From contig CBDCWC010000002.1 of assembly GCA_965223295.1 (NCBI GenBank), forward strand, positions 1,632,001 to 1,696,000: a stretch of 64,000 bases of DNA, written 5' to 3'. The notes beneath the pieces are model-generated. The model did no database searches. It saw only the letters and a program-made list of their open reading frames with translations, and had not been told where the DNA came from. Numbering within the stretch: the first letter of the stretch is position 1; the number at the start of each line of letters is the position of its first letter. A program made the position numbers and the translations under genes. Source of the DNA: Nitrospirales bacterium. Its GTDB lineage: Bacteria > Nitrospirota > Nitrospiria > Nitrospirales > UBA8639. Below, piece after piece: positions 17,730 to 27,845 of this stretch.

Positions 17730-18074
17730 TCAAGTCTTCCAAAACACGGTGAGCCAGATTGTCTCTTCATCCGGAACAGTCCAGGCAACTCGATGTTTGG
17801 TATGTGCTGGCAAGTGACAGGGATCCCCTGGACCTAAGGTCACGAACTGCTCTTGTCCCTTAATTTGAAGTTGTGCTTTCCCAGCAAGAACAACCACCCA
17901 TTCATGTTCCTCCTGGTCATACCAAAAATCAGGTGGAGATACATGCCCCTTGGAAACAATACGCTCTATCCGAACGGAAGATGATACGACCAACTGCTCA
18001 ATCAATTCCTCTGGACAACGCTCAGGAATATTCTGAAAAATATTTGTGAGGGTTTTCTTCGTTTCCATTTTCAA
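17730..18074 (-). CDS. Cupin-domain protein
   Basis: RIERIVSKGH.SP..FWYDQ...EWV.VL.G.A...L.PGD...PAH..HRV.WT. Confidence 0.88.
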   Translation of the reverse strand: MKMETKKTLTNIFQNIPERCPEELIEQLVVSSSVRIERIVSKGHVSPPDFWYDQEEHEWVVVLAGKAQLQIKGQEQFVTLGPGDPCHLPAHTKHRVAWTVPDEETIWLTVFWKT

Positions 18075-18107
18075 GGCTTATTCAGACATGTCCCGGTCAT
18101 TCACATA

Positions 18108-18638
18108 TTACATACCTTCACGCTGGTAACATAACAAAGCATCTAAAAAAGCATGATTCGCAAGATTGGCAGCAGTGGAAGTAAGATATTGGTCTATCGC
18201 TTCGCAATAACTACTTTTCTGTCCACGCCGACAAGGCTTCAGCGGCAGAGTAGAATCAGGGAGTCCTTCTCGAGCCACTTTTTCTGCATGTATCCGTTCT
18301 TGCTCCTGCCGAATTATTTCACTCTTCAGAAATGCAATTTGCCGTGGCAGCCCGTCTGCCAGGACAATAGCCTCGGGGATAGACGCCTGCAGTGAAGCCA
18401 GCATTACGTTTCTGAACGAAGCGGACTTTACATACCGGAGCGCCTTATCCATGTCGGCCTGAAGAAAGGAGAGATTGGTTGGACAAGCGACTTGAGCCGC
18501 CTTTAAATTACTTGGTGATTCAGTTTCAACATTTTCCTCTTGGTCCTCAGCCTCCACTCGTGGATGTAAAAGAACCCCCACAACTAGGGTAACCACAACC
18601 AAGGCTGCCAAGCATCGCTTTGAAAGTTTGATCATCAT
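18108..18638 (-). CDS. Hypothetical secreted protein
   Basis: 176-aa ORF with a signal peptide and four Cys in the mature part; co-oriented with and closely spaced to its neighbours. Confidence 0.7.
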   Translation of the reverse strand: MMIKLSKRCLAALVVVTLVVGVLLHPRVEAEDQEENVETESPSNLKAAQVACPTNLSFLQADMDKALRYVKSASFRNVMLASLQASIPEAIVLADGLPRQIAFLKSEIIRQEQERIHAEKVAREGLPDSTLPLKPCRRGQKSSYCEAIDQYLTSTAANLANHAFLDALLCYQREGM

Positions 18639-18644
18639 TCGTTC

Positions 18645-19562
18645 TCACATGATCAATTCACCAAGACCATACACCCGATACTCTTCCCCATTATACTGGA
18701 GAACTCCAACAACTACGCCCATTCCAAATCCCCCAATGCCCCAATTGCCCATAGATTTCAAATCATAAATCTGCAATCGGGTATGGCCTGCTCCCGCCTG
18801 ACTGACCCAGTTAACACTCCACGCACTTGGCCATCGAAATAGGCCCCACGCTTGGGTACTGTCCAAGAGCGTTAGTTGCAAGGCTTGAAAAGGTTCTGTT
18901 TTCCCATGAATAGCTAAAAATCCCTCCAAGGTTCCAACTAACGGTGCAAGCTGATCGCTTTCTTGTGAATGAACATACAGGTCACCAAGTCCCTCAACCA
19001 CTAAATACAGTCCCTGAAAATGTTTCCACAGACCCCAGTAGGTTCGCGTTAGGCGATTAAAATCGGGCATCATAAAATATTCATAAATCACCCGCCCTTG
19101 CACTGTTCTGCCATTCCAAGTCAAGACGGCTGCAGAGGATCCTAACCAATAACGTCCTCCCTCATGTTCCCGGTCCAGGCGAGTTGGAATAGGGTCAATT
19201 GATAGGGTCAAATCATTTGAGGCACTCACGATAGAAAGTCCCCCTTGAGCCGTCCCCGTAATCTGGAAGAAATCTGATGATGGAATGGTTTCTAATTCTT
19301 TGTTGATGTTTTCATAGGCCCCATTCCCTTGAAGAGGAATCCACCCCTTATGTTCATCATGGAGAACAACGAAATGTTCCGCTTGCCAGAACTCCCTGTC
19401 TCGACCACGATTATTGTCTAATGCCAGAGATACATGTCCCTGAGCATCTTCACCTACAAAGGAAACGTAATCGGAAACGTACAGAAGGGAAGTTGGAGGA
19501 AGAGCAGGCTCAGAAGACGAAAGAATGGATGCATCGCTCCTAAAGCCAAGAGCTGGGAACAA
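18645..19562 (-). CDS. Hypothetical beta-rich, aromatic-rich protein (true start possibly 19672 via a frameshift)
   Basis: 305-aa ORF from TTG; alternating beta-strand pattern rich in W/Y/G. A hydrophobic N-terminal segment lies upstream in another frame. Confidence 0.65.
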   Translation of the reverse strand: MFPALGFRSDASILSSSEPALPPTSLLYVSDYVSFVGEDAQGHVSLALDNNRGRDREFWQAEHFVVLHDEHKGWIPLQGNGAYENINKELETIPSSDFFQITGTAQGGLSIVSASNDLTLSIDPIPTRLDREHEGGRYWLGSSAAVLTWNGRTVQGRVIYEYFMMPDFNRLTRTYWGLWKHFQGLYLVVEGLGDLYVHSQESDQLAPLVGTLEGFLAIHGKTEPFQALQLTLLDSTQAWGLFRWPSAWSVNWVSQAGAGHTRLQIYDLKSMGNWGIGGFGMGVVVGVLQYNGEEYRVYGLGELIM

Positions 19563-19719
19563 GACCCCACTCCCTACCCACGCAATAACAGAAAAAACCC
19601 AAGACCAATTAGATGGTTGGTACAGAACAATCCCTTAGAAACGGAATGGGGAAATACCAATGCACGCAACATTCTCGCATCAGAGTATAGGTATATTGTA
19701 GAAGCGAATCGAGGAAATA

Positions 19720-20733
19720 CTATTCTTTAACGACAAAATGCCCCCGACGATTTTCTTGCCAACAGGCTTCCGTCTGTTCCATGCAAAACGGTTTCTCTTT
19801 TCCGAAACTCACGATTTGAAGGTTCTCCTCTGGAATACCAAGATCTTTGAGAAACCCTTGTACAGCCTTCGCTCGTCGCTCGCCCAACACGATATTGTAG
19901 CTTTGAGTTCCTCGTTGATCGCAATGTCCCTCGATGATAATTTCCTGACCAGCAAATTTTTCCGTTAAGATCTTGGCATTTACTTCTAACAGGGACACGG
20001 CATCCTCTCGAATAGCAAACTGGTCATAATCAAAGAATACGTCACTGAGCATGACTTCCAGATCTTCAGTGGTTATTTCACGATCCAGGGCTTCTTGTGG
20101 CATGACTTTCGCCATTTGAATGGGTTCATCTTCAACAGACGACTTCGGCGTACCCGCATCATCGCCTGAGTTCACTTCGGCTTTCGCCACAATTTGTGGC
20201 TCTTCAATCAACATCTCTGCAGCCCCTCCTTCTTTACCTAGGTTGGGTAACGCCGGCAATTCTGGCTCAATCGAAATGGAAGGAATACCTACATCAGAGA
20301 TGTGTTCTCTTCCCGGTTCTTGAGCTTGAGCTGAAGAGACAGCGGCCTGCTCCCCTTGCTTGGAAAAATTGGATTCAGGCGCGAGGTCTGAGTGAGGAAT
20401 GTTATCACCAGGATCTGAAGAGGCTTTAGATTTTGCAAGAATTTCTGATTCCGTGTTTGGACGAATCATAGGCCTTGCTGGTTCTTCAACGGGAATATCC
20501 AAGGCCGGCACAGTTCGAATGTTATCTTCTTCAATAGGCTGAGGCTGCACTGTTTCATCAATCAGTTGTTCTGGTTGCAACTCAGCCACTTTCATCTTTG
20601 GACCATCAATCCCTGTCACAGTAGTCGTCCGCAATTGAGCACTACACCCCGTTAGCAATGCCATAATACAAACTTTGGACACCAGCACTTTAACGCTGTT
20701 TTTTATTTGAGTGTTCATTCTTTGTTGTATCAT
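19720..20733 (-). CDS. OmpA/Pal-family peptidoglycan-binding lipoprotein with long acidic linker
   Basis: Lipobox LLTGC; C-terminal VFFDYD...IEGHCDQRGT..YN..LGERRA..V...SFGKEKP.C......WQENRR. Confidence 0.88.
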   Translation of the reverse strand: MIQQRMNTQIKNSVKVLVSKVCIMALLTGCSAQLRTTTVTGIDGPKMKVAELQPEQLIDETVQPQPIEEDNIRTVPALDIPVEEPARPMIRPNTESEILAKSKASSDPGDNIPHSDLAPESNFSKQGEQAAVSSAQAQEPGREHISDVGIPSISIEPELPALPNLGKEGGAAEMLIEEPQIVAKAEVNSGDDAGTPKSSVEDEPIQMAKVMPQEALDREITTEDLEVMLSDVFFDYDQFAIREDAVSLLEVNAKILTEKFAGQEIIIEGHCDQRGTQSYNIVLGERRAKAVQGFLKDLGIPEENLQIVSFGKEKPFCMEQTEACWQENRRGHFVVKE

Positions 20734-21073
20734 ACTGAACCTCCCGATCTACACGCACTCAAACCAATAACATCCAGAAATCCCACTAAATCAAATCCCC
20801 TCTTCCTTACATCAACTCTAAAAAGTCTTATCACAATGAGTCAAGGATGTCGTTCCAAATCTTTTCGGGGTTTTCTTACTCACTACGACAAGAGTTTCGA
20901 CAACAGGCTCACGACTTTCTCAAAACTGGGGCAAATCTTCTCTCCTTGAATAGTGAAAAAAAACCCCCTGACCTGTCATCGTGACCTGCCAGGAGGTTAT
21001 CTAGGAAAATTTGAGGGATCTTAGAGACCACCCCAAGACATAAATCATGCCAATCAACAATAACCCGAACCTC

Positions 21074-21349
21074 TTATTCAGCTCCTGCTTTCAGTTCATT
21101 GACTTTTCCTTTTACTCGTTCAAAGGCCGCCTTGGTTTTTCCTTTGGCCCGCTCCATAGTGGCACTCATGTCATTGCCTTTAGCCTCTTCCATCTGAGCT
21201 TTGATTTCGCCTTTCATCTCTTCATTTTTAGCTTTAGCCTCGCCCTTTATGGCTTCAGCTTTGGCCTTGATTTCTCCTGCTATACCAACCCCAAGGAACC
21301 CTCCTAAGGAAAACATGACCACAGTTAACACAATGATAATTTTTTTCAT
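21074..21349 (-). CDS. Small secreted helical protein with 11-residue repeats (CsbD/LEA-like)
   Basis: Signal peptide MKKIIIVL..., then EIKAKAEAIKG/EAKAKNEEMKG/EIKAQMEEAKG... Confidence 0.75.
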   Translation of the reverse strand: MKKIIIVLTVVMFSLGGFLGVGIAGEIKAKAEAIKGEAKAKNEEMKGEIKAQMEEAKGNDMSATMERAKGKTKAAFERVKGKVNELKAGAE

Positions 21350-21609
21350 GATACTCACCCTTTCTAAGAGGGGGTAAAGTAAATGATGTGTCCGTATTCC
21401 TAGTATACGGCACAAATGAATTGTCTCAGTAACCCAAAAGACAAGTCAAATCTTTCGTATTGAGAGATACATTGAGACTACACTGCAGTTATTTATACAC
21501 GAAAATAGAATTGTCGATGCCCGGCTAAACTCTCTCCCACGAATTCACAGAATTCATTTTAGTTAACTATCCAAATCCCTTTGAAGATCATATTCTAAGC
21601 GAATAACAG

Positions 21610-22687
21610 ACACAGGCAATAAACCATAGACGGCCAGGATTTTCTCTTGGAGTCATCATCAGTCTCCTTTTCGGATTGAGTCTTAGTTTTACATTCATCT
21701 CCTGGGCAGCCCTGCCAGGTGAAAAAGAGTGGGAAGTCCCATTGGGATTATTGGGATTATTGGGATTAGATGAGAATGTCCTTGTCATCCCCGAAGATAA
21801 CCCCTTGACACACGAAAAAGGTCAAACTCGGGAAACTTCTATTTTTTGACAAAGGCCTTTCTAAAAATGACACCATCCCCTGCGGAAGTTATCATCTACC
21901 ACACTTAGCTTTTACAGATGGAAACCTTTCTCAGAAAGTATCTATGGCCTACGAGGAGCTCGAAACGCGCCAGCTTCGATTAATCGACTATTTAGTTCGG
22001 CTCAATTCTGGGATGGACGTTCAACCAGCTTGGAGGAGTAAGCGAGCGACCCTTTGGTCAATTGAGTTGAACATGGCTTTGCCTATCACGAAGAGTATGT
22101 GACCAAAATCAAAACGATCAAGAGATACCAGAGACTTTTCCAGAAAACATTTCGTGGACCCATTACAAAAGAACGGATCGCACAAGCTTTAGCGAGCTTT
22201 CAGCGAACCATTCTTTCCTGGAACAGTCCCTATAATCAGTACGACTATGGAGGAGACGACAACGCTCTTTCTCTCAGCGCTCTACGCGGATTGAATCTAT
22301 TCTTAGAAAAGCCGTGATGTGCCCATTGCCATTTTGGTTCTAATTTCACTGACGAAAAATTTCATAACCTAGGAGTTGATTGGGACACTGCACATATTGA
22401 TTTGGGACGATTTACCGTGACCAACGATCAACAAGACATCTGGGCATTTAAGACACTGGCCTTGCGAGAAATCTCTCGCACAGCCCCATACATACACAAT
22501 ACGATTCGCCACGCTACGCCAAGTCATAGATTTTTATGATCAAGGAGATATTCAGAATCTCCACCAAGACAAGACAATTATTTTGCTCAATTTAGCAGAT
22601 CGAGAAAAAAAGGATATCATTAAATTTTTACAGTATTTAAATTGCGAAGGCTGGCAAATAGACCCACCAACAAAATTTCCGCAATAA
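21610..22687 (+). pseudogene. Decayed diheme cytochrome c peroxidase (CCP/MauG family)
   Basis: Fragments PEDNPLT.EK/VKLGKLLFFD..LS..., RNAP...FWDGR..LEE*, C..CH (CAHCH at 22318), FHNLG, DLGRF.VT, FKT..LR....TAPY.H. Stops at 22039, 22063 and 22315, several frameshifts, and the first heme motif degraded to CGSYH. Confidence 0.88.
21741..21768. repeat. Short tandem repeat (ATTGGGATT)x3
   Basis: attgggatt-attgggatt-attgggatt-a inside the pseudogene, in frame as LGL x3. Confidence 0.8.
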
Positions 22688-22739
22688 GAAAATTCGCGAG
22701 TTTGGATGATCCAAAAAATTTTCGAAGTGCACACCCAAT

Positions 22740-24392
22740 TTAGGGATTTTTAAGCTGTATAAGACCTGAGGTTTTTTGAGTATCGAGATCGGCGTAGAAG
22801 TCTTTGCCTTCATGGTTGACGACGACAAAGGCGGGGAAATCCTCGACTTCGATTTTCCAGACGGCTTCCATACCAAGATCTTGATATTCCAGAACTTCCA
22901 CTTTTTTAATACTATGTTCCGCTAAGCGTGCAGCGGGCCCCCCGATAGAGCCTAGATAAAATCCACCATATTTCCCACAGGCCTCACGAACCTGTTTAGA
23001 CCGATTTCCTTTGGCCAGCATGACCATGCTTCCACCAACAGCCTGAAACTGATCCACATAAGAATCCATACGGCCTGCCGTGGTCGGGCCAAACGAGCCT
23101 GAGGGCAACCCGTCAGGTTTTTTCGCAGGACCGGCATAATAAATGGCATGATCTTTCATGTATTGCGGAAGCTTTTCTCCTGAATCCAACCGCTCTTTGA
23201 GTTTGGCATGGGCAATATCTCGTGCGACGACAAGAGGCCCGGTCAGGGATAGCCTCGTAGCCACTGGATGTCTGCGCAGTTCAGCCAAGATTTCCGGCAT
23301 GGGCCGATTCAAGTCAACCTTGACCACGTGTCCATCGAGGTCTTCCTCGGTTACATCCGGAAGGTATTGCGCAGGATTGGTTTCAAGCTGTTCAAGGAAG
23401 ACACCCTCTTTCGTAATCTTGCCTAACACTTGCCGGTCGGCTGAGCAGGATACACCCAGTCCAACGGGACAAGACGCACCATGCCGCGGCAAGCGAATGA
23501 CTCGGACGTCATGAGCAAAATATTTCCCGCCGAATTGCGCACCAATACCCGTTTCAGCGCAGAGCTGGAAGATTTGTTGTTCTAGCTCCAGATCTCGAAA
23601 GGCTCGACCTTGTGCATTGCCTGTTGTAGGCAAATCATCCAGGTAGTGACAACTGGCTAGCTTCACGGTTTTCAGCGTGAATTCTGCTGACATACCACCC
23701 ACAACCAGCGCCAAATGATAGGGAGGACATGCTGAAGTTCCTAACGTGCGAATCTTTTCAGCCACGAAGGTCAGCAGCGATTTTGGATTAAGAAGCGCTT
23801 TGGTCTCTTGATAGAGAAAGGTTTTGTTGGCAGACCCTCCACCCTTGGCGATGAACAGAAAGCGGTATTCTTGGCCGGGTTCAGCGTAGAGATCTACCTG
23901 AGCCGGGAGATTATTACCGGTATTTTTCTCCTTGTACATATCGAGTGGTGCCATCTGCGAGTAACGCAAGTTGCGTTGATCATAGGCTTCATAGATACCA
24001 CGAGACAGGGCTTCTGCATCGTTTCCGGTCGTGAAGACCTGCTGCCCCTTGTACCCCAGTGTGATTGCCGTTCCAGTGTCCTGACATCCTGGGAGCACAC
24101 GCCCTGCCGCAATATTGGCATTTTTGAGTAGTTCTAAAGCCACGAAGCGATCATTATCGGAAGCTTCAGGGTCGTCCAAAATCCTTGCTAACTGTGCGAG
24201 GTGACTCGGTCGCAATAAATGGGTCACATCATCCATTGCCTCACGTGCCAACAACGTGAGTGCTTCCTGAGAAACTTTGAGAATTTCTTGTTCTTCGAAA
24301 ATAGTCGTAGAAACATAATCTGCCGTTAGTTTCCGATACGGCGTGGTATCCCTCATATGTTCAAAGATCTCTTGGTACTGAAAATCGGCCAT
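22740..24392 (-). CDS. fumA: Fumarate hydratase class I (Fe-S)
   Basis: [65 protein letters not shown]. Confidence 0.93.
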   Translation of the reverse strand: MADFQYQEIFEHMRDTTPYRKLTADYVSTTIFEEQEILKVSQEALTLLAREAMDDVTHLLRPSHLAQLARILDDPEASDNDRFVALELLKNANIAAGRVLPGCQDTGTAITLGYKGQQVFTTGNDAEALSRGIYEAYDQRNLRYSQMAPLDMYKEKNTGNNLPAQVDLYAEPGQEYRFLFIAKGGGSANKTFLYQETKALLNPKSLLTFVAEKIRTLGTSACPPYHLALVVGGMSAEFTLKTVKLASCHYLDDLPTTGNAQGRAFRDLELEQQIFQLCAETGIGAQFGGKYFAHDVRVIRLPRHGASCPVGLGVSCSADRQVLGKITKEGVFLEQLETNPAQYLPDVTEEDLDGHVVKVDLNRPMPEILAELRRHPVATRLSLTGPLVVARDIAHAKLKERLDSGEKLPQYMKDHAIYYAGPAKKPDGLPSGSFGPTTAGRMDSYVDQFQAVGGSMVMLAKGNRSKQVREACGKYGGFYLGSIGGPAARLAEHSIKKVEVLEYQDLGMEAVWKIEVEDFPAFVVVNHEGKDFYADLDTQKTSGLIQLKNP

Positions 24393-24498
24393 GCCTGTGC
24401 TCCTTGATTCTTCTACTTTACTATATATGATTGTGCCTTTGTTGCAGGCCCTACGGTAATCATTGCTCACCATTCTTTGCAAGAGATGTTTCCGCAAG

Positions 24499-24620
24499 GA
24501 GTTTGTTGAAAAAATCCACCAGCGGCGTTCTCACCATTTTTCCGTGCTCACGTACGACATATACGCTCCGCGCGTAAAAATGGCTGCGGCCTTGCTGGAT
24601 GAATTTTTTGAACAACTCAC
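24499..24620. repeat. MITE-like dispersed repeat, copy 2 (core unit only, more diverged)
   Basis: TTGTTGAAAAAATCCACCAGCGGCGTTCTC...CCGTGCTCACGTA...TACGCTCCGCGCG...GGCCTTGCTGGA...TTTTTTGAACA aligns with 38985-39106. Confidence 0.8.
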
Positions 24621-24745
24621 AAGCTCCGAGCCCCCAAGTCCGCCTGAGCAAATTTGTCTGTGGCACTCAGTAATATCTCTCACTCTCTCTAAAAGCTCCA
24701 TCAGATAATCACTCAGTTGCCTGAATCGCATCTTAGGTTTAGACT

Positions 24746-25099
24746 ATGAGCATGCCAAACAAGAGAACGGTGGGAACAATCAGTCTCGTACTAATCTGTG
24801 CGAGCGTTCTATTAATCTGCGGCAGTTTGAGTCTTTTGTGTCCTATGACCAGTCCTGCCGCTGAAGCTTCTTCTTTGCCGGCCCATCACACGACATTTGG
24901 AGACAATGATTGCTTTGAAGCGTTGACCTCTTTTTCTGAGCCATTAGAACAATTATCGGGACACACCTATTTATTCGAATCCCTATCTTCTCACAGACAT
25001 GAAAAGCAGTGTAGTCAGCCGATTCCTCACTGTGTTCGAGCTTTTCCTGATAGCGATAGTCCTCCTCGATATCTCTTCCTCTCCACATTTCTGATTTGA
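24746..25099 (+). CDS. Small hypothetical Cys/His-containing protein preceding copper genes
   Basis: N-terminal hydrophobic helix, scattered C/H residues, C-terminal PPRYLFLSTFLI; this layout is typical of small ORFs upstream of metal-resistance operons. Confidence 0.6.
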   Translation: MSMPNKRTVGTISLVLICASVLLICGSLSLLCPMTSPAAEASSLPAHHTTFGDNDCFEALTSFSEPLEQLSGHTYLFESLSSHRHEKQCSQPIPHCVRAFPDSDSPPRYLFLSTFLI

Positions 25100-25201
25100 T
25101 TCATCTCCTCGTTGGGCCTTCGTCCTACCCTTTCGAGGGTAACGTCTCCCTATTTACAGGGTGCGCAACTTTTTTGTATTCCCAGACACGAAAGGCAAAA
25201 T

Positions 25202-26464
25202 ATGCTGAAGCGCAGTTTATCTCAATTTCGACTATCGTTTGTGTTGGTTCTCGTCAGTACATTTCATACACCGGTCTATGCTGAAACCATGAAAGAGCAC
25301 CTTCCCGGTACAACAACTCACCAAGATCACCAGATCTTTCCATCAAAAAAAATGGAAATGCGCGATTCCTTGGGGAGAATTAAGGCTCCCCGTATCGAGG
25401 AAGGGAAAACCTACTCTCTCCCGCCGCAGCTCATGGGTATACAGATGGGTAAAGTAAATACGGTGAACGTCCCACCGCTCGGTTATGATTTAGACGGAAC
25501 CGTCAAGGTTTTCACGCTTATCGCCCAACCATTCATGCACGAGTTCACCAATGGTAGACCCATGGACCAATCGCTTATTCCCATGATGAATCGTTTTTCT
25601 GGTGAGATGACCAGTCAGATGACTCACACGTCACAAAAAGGTCTGGTGTGGGGATATAACGGCTCAGTCCCTGGTCCTACCATCGAAGTGACCGAAGGTG
25701 ATCGCATTCGAGTGATCCTCATCAATGAATTACCTGAACCAACTTCGATTCACTGGCATGGGTTGGAAGTTCCCAACACACAAGATGGCGCCGGCGGGGT
25801 GACCGAACCTCCGACACCACCAGGAGGGAAGCATGTGTATGAATTCACCCTCTACCAGCATGGCACCTTCATGTATCACACCGGATTTAATGTCATGAAA
25901 CAAGATGCTTTAGGGTTAGGGGGTCTGTTGGTCGTCCATCCCCAACAGCCCAAGTCTAAGCTAGACAAAGAATTTGCGATCATGTTGCAAGAATGGACGT
26001 TTGCTCCAGGAAACCCCAACCCTAACATCAGCTCAATGGACTTCAACTGGTTTACGTTTAACGGAAAGGCTGCTCCAAGCATCGACTCTCTCCACTTGCA
26101 ACAGGGTGAACGCGTACGAATTCGGTTCGGGAATTTGAGCATGCAAAGCCACCCTATCCATATTCATGGTTACTCTTGGCGAGTCGTCGGGACGGAAGGT
26201 GGGCCTATTCCAAAGGCCGCACAATGGCGAGGCTCGACGATTAACGTTCCGCCAGGCACGACCAGAGACGTGGAGTTTGTAGCCTGGAATCCTGGAACTT
26301 GGCGAATGCACTGCCATCGTCTCCATCATGTCATGAATGCCATGGCCGATGCCCCCATGGGCATCATGCCCCATGGCGGGATGTTTACCCTCGTCCATGT
26401 GAACCCATCGGATCCGCGCGCCAAATGGCAACATCCCAATCAATCTCAGGAGGGTACGCCATGA
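25202..26464 (+). CDS. Two-domain multicopper oxidase (copper oxidase)
   Basis: WGYNGSVPGP, SIHWHG, MYHTG, HPIHIHG, MHCHRLHH..M; Met-rich segments; signal peptide. Confidence 0.9.
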   Translation: MLKRSLSQFRLSFVLVLVSTFHTPVYAETMKEHLPGTTTHQDHQIFPSKKMEMRDSLGRIKAPRIEEGKTYSLPPQLMGIQMGKVNTVNVPPLGYDLDGTVKVFTLIAQPFMHEFTNGRPMDQSLIPMMNRFSGEMTSQMTHTSQKGLVWGYNGSVPGPTIEVTEGDRIRVILINELPEPTSIHWHGLEVPNTQDGAGGVTEPPTPPGGKHVYEFTLYQHGTFMYHTGFNVMKQDALGLGGLLVVHPQQPKSKLDKEFAIMLQEWTFAPGNPNPNISSMDFNWFTFNGKAAPSIDSLHLQQGERVRIRFGNLSMQSHPIHIHGYSWRVVGTEGGPIPKAAQWRGSTINVPPGTTRDVEFVAWNPGTWRMHCHRLHHVMNAMADAPMGIMPHGGMFTLVHVNPSDPRAKWQHPNQSQEGTP

Positions 26465-27816
26465 AGAGGCACATATTCCCTACCCTCCTCATCATCCTTA
26501 CGTTGCATGGATGTGCCAGTGTGAACGTCGAGCAAGACCACGGACGAATGCAACAGGAAAGTCTGCATCGCGTTGGCCAGCCTGTCGTATGGCAGCACAC
26601 CGCTGAAGATCGCATTCAAACCCAGAAGATAGTGGAAGAATTGTTGAAAGATGGACTGACTCGTAAAGAAGCGATCCGCGTCAGCTTGTTAAACAATCCA
26701 CAGCTGCAAGCCCATTTTCAGACGTTGGGTATTGCCCGTGCCGATGTGGTGCAGGCCGGATTGTACACGAATCCTTCCCTCGGAGCCTTGTTTCGTTTTC
26801 CAACTTCCGGCGGAAGTGGAACAGGGATGGAACTCGATCTGCTATTGAGAATTTCCGACTTGTGGAACGTCCCTCTCCGACGCAACGTCGCGGAAATCGA
26901 GGCCCTACGCATCAGCCAACTCGTCATACAGGAAATTCTTCGGACAGCCGCTGCCGCACGAGATACCTTTGATGACCTCCTCCTGCAACGGGCGCTGTAT
27001 CGTTTCATGGAAGGCAATGTGTCTCTTTTTCAAACGACTGTCCAGGAACTCCAAGTCCGGTTTCATGCCGGCCTCGTCAATGATCTGGATATTTATTTAG
27101 CAGAAAATGTGTTATTCGAAGGCCAGGTCGACTTAGCCCGCATTAAATCCAGTTTGATTACCGCGCGTGCGCGGCTCCTTGAGACACTGGGACTGGACCC
27201 TCTCGGGCATGACACCTTCAGGATAACCGGCAATCTCGAAAAGATGCCCTTACGGAAACTTTCAGCTGAGAAGGGTTGGCAATTTGCCCAACGTCACCGA
27301 GTCGATTTGCAACTCACTCGTTTGCAAATTTCTCAGACCCGCCGTCTACTGGACTGGCAGAAGGCTCGCATCTTCGGGGACGTTGGACTCGGGGGTAATT
27401 ACACACGAGAGCTCGATCAGCTCAACAGTGTCGGACCGCTGCTGGTCCTCCAAATTCCCATCTTCAATCAAAATCAAGGGGGCATTGCACGAGCAGAATT
27501 TCAGTACCAGCAAGCCCACCATCAATTAGAAGCCACAGAGCTTGCGACCAAACAAGATATTCAACAGCTGTTAGGTGAGCTCGCGTTTCATGAAACCCAT
27601 GCGCAATTATTTCGGGATAAGATGCTCGTGGCGCAAGAAAAGGCCCTTGACTATGTGGAGCGTTTTTATTCGACCATGCAACTCAATAGCATCTTTCTCA
27701 TCGAAGCCCGTCGTCGCATCTTAAGCACACAACGAGGTTATTTTCAGGCCTTGCGGGCTTACCGCCGAACCGAGTCCATGCTGCAGGTCGCTCTCGGTGG
27801 ACAATACCCACAGTAA
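26461..27816 (+). CDS. TolC-family outer-membrane efflux lipoprotein (copper-related)
   Basis: Lipobox LHGC, L.NNP.LQ, A.VVQAGL..NP, IPIFNQNQG.I.RA; ATGA overlap with the oxidase gene. Confidence 0.88.
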   Translation: MKRHIFPTLLIILTLHGCASVNVEQDHGRMQQESLHRVGQPVVWQHTAEDRIQTQKIVEELLKDGLTRKEAIRVSLLNNPQLQAHFQTLGIARADVVQAGLYTNPSLGALFRFPTSGGSGTGMELDLLLRISDLWNVPLRRNVAEIEALRISQLVIQEILRTAAAARDTFDDLLLQRALYRFMEGNVSLFQTTVQELQVRFHAGLVNDLDIYLAENVLFEGQVDLARIKSSLITARARLLETLGLDPLGHDTFRITGNLEKMPLRKLSAEKGWQFAQRHRVDLQLTRLQISQTRRLLDWQKARIFGDVGLGGNYTRELDQLNSVGPLLVLQIPIFNQNQGGIARAEFQYQQAHHQLEATELATKQDIQQLLGELAFHETHAQLFRDKMLVAQEKALDYVERFYSTMQLNSIFLIEARRRILSTQRGYFQALRAYRRTESMLQVALGGQYPQ

Positions 27817-27845
27817 CCTTTTGTGACGCAGACCGTTTGCGGGAT

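Noticed and set aside
22099-22317. Stand-alone 72-aa CDS
   Set aside because: It is an internal fragment of the cytochrome c peroxidase pseudogene.
25202-26464. Copper nitrite reductase NirK
   Set aside because: The type-1 ligands lie in the C-terminal domain (HCH..HH..M), the NirK YHC motif of domain 1 is absent, and the TolC coupling points to copper handling.
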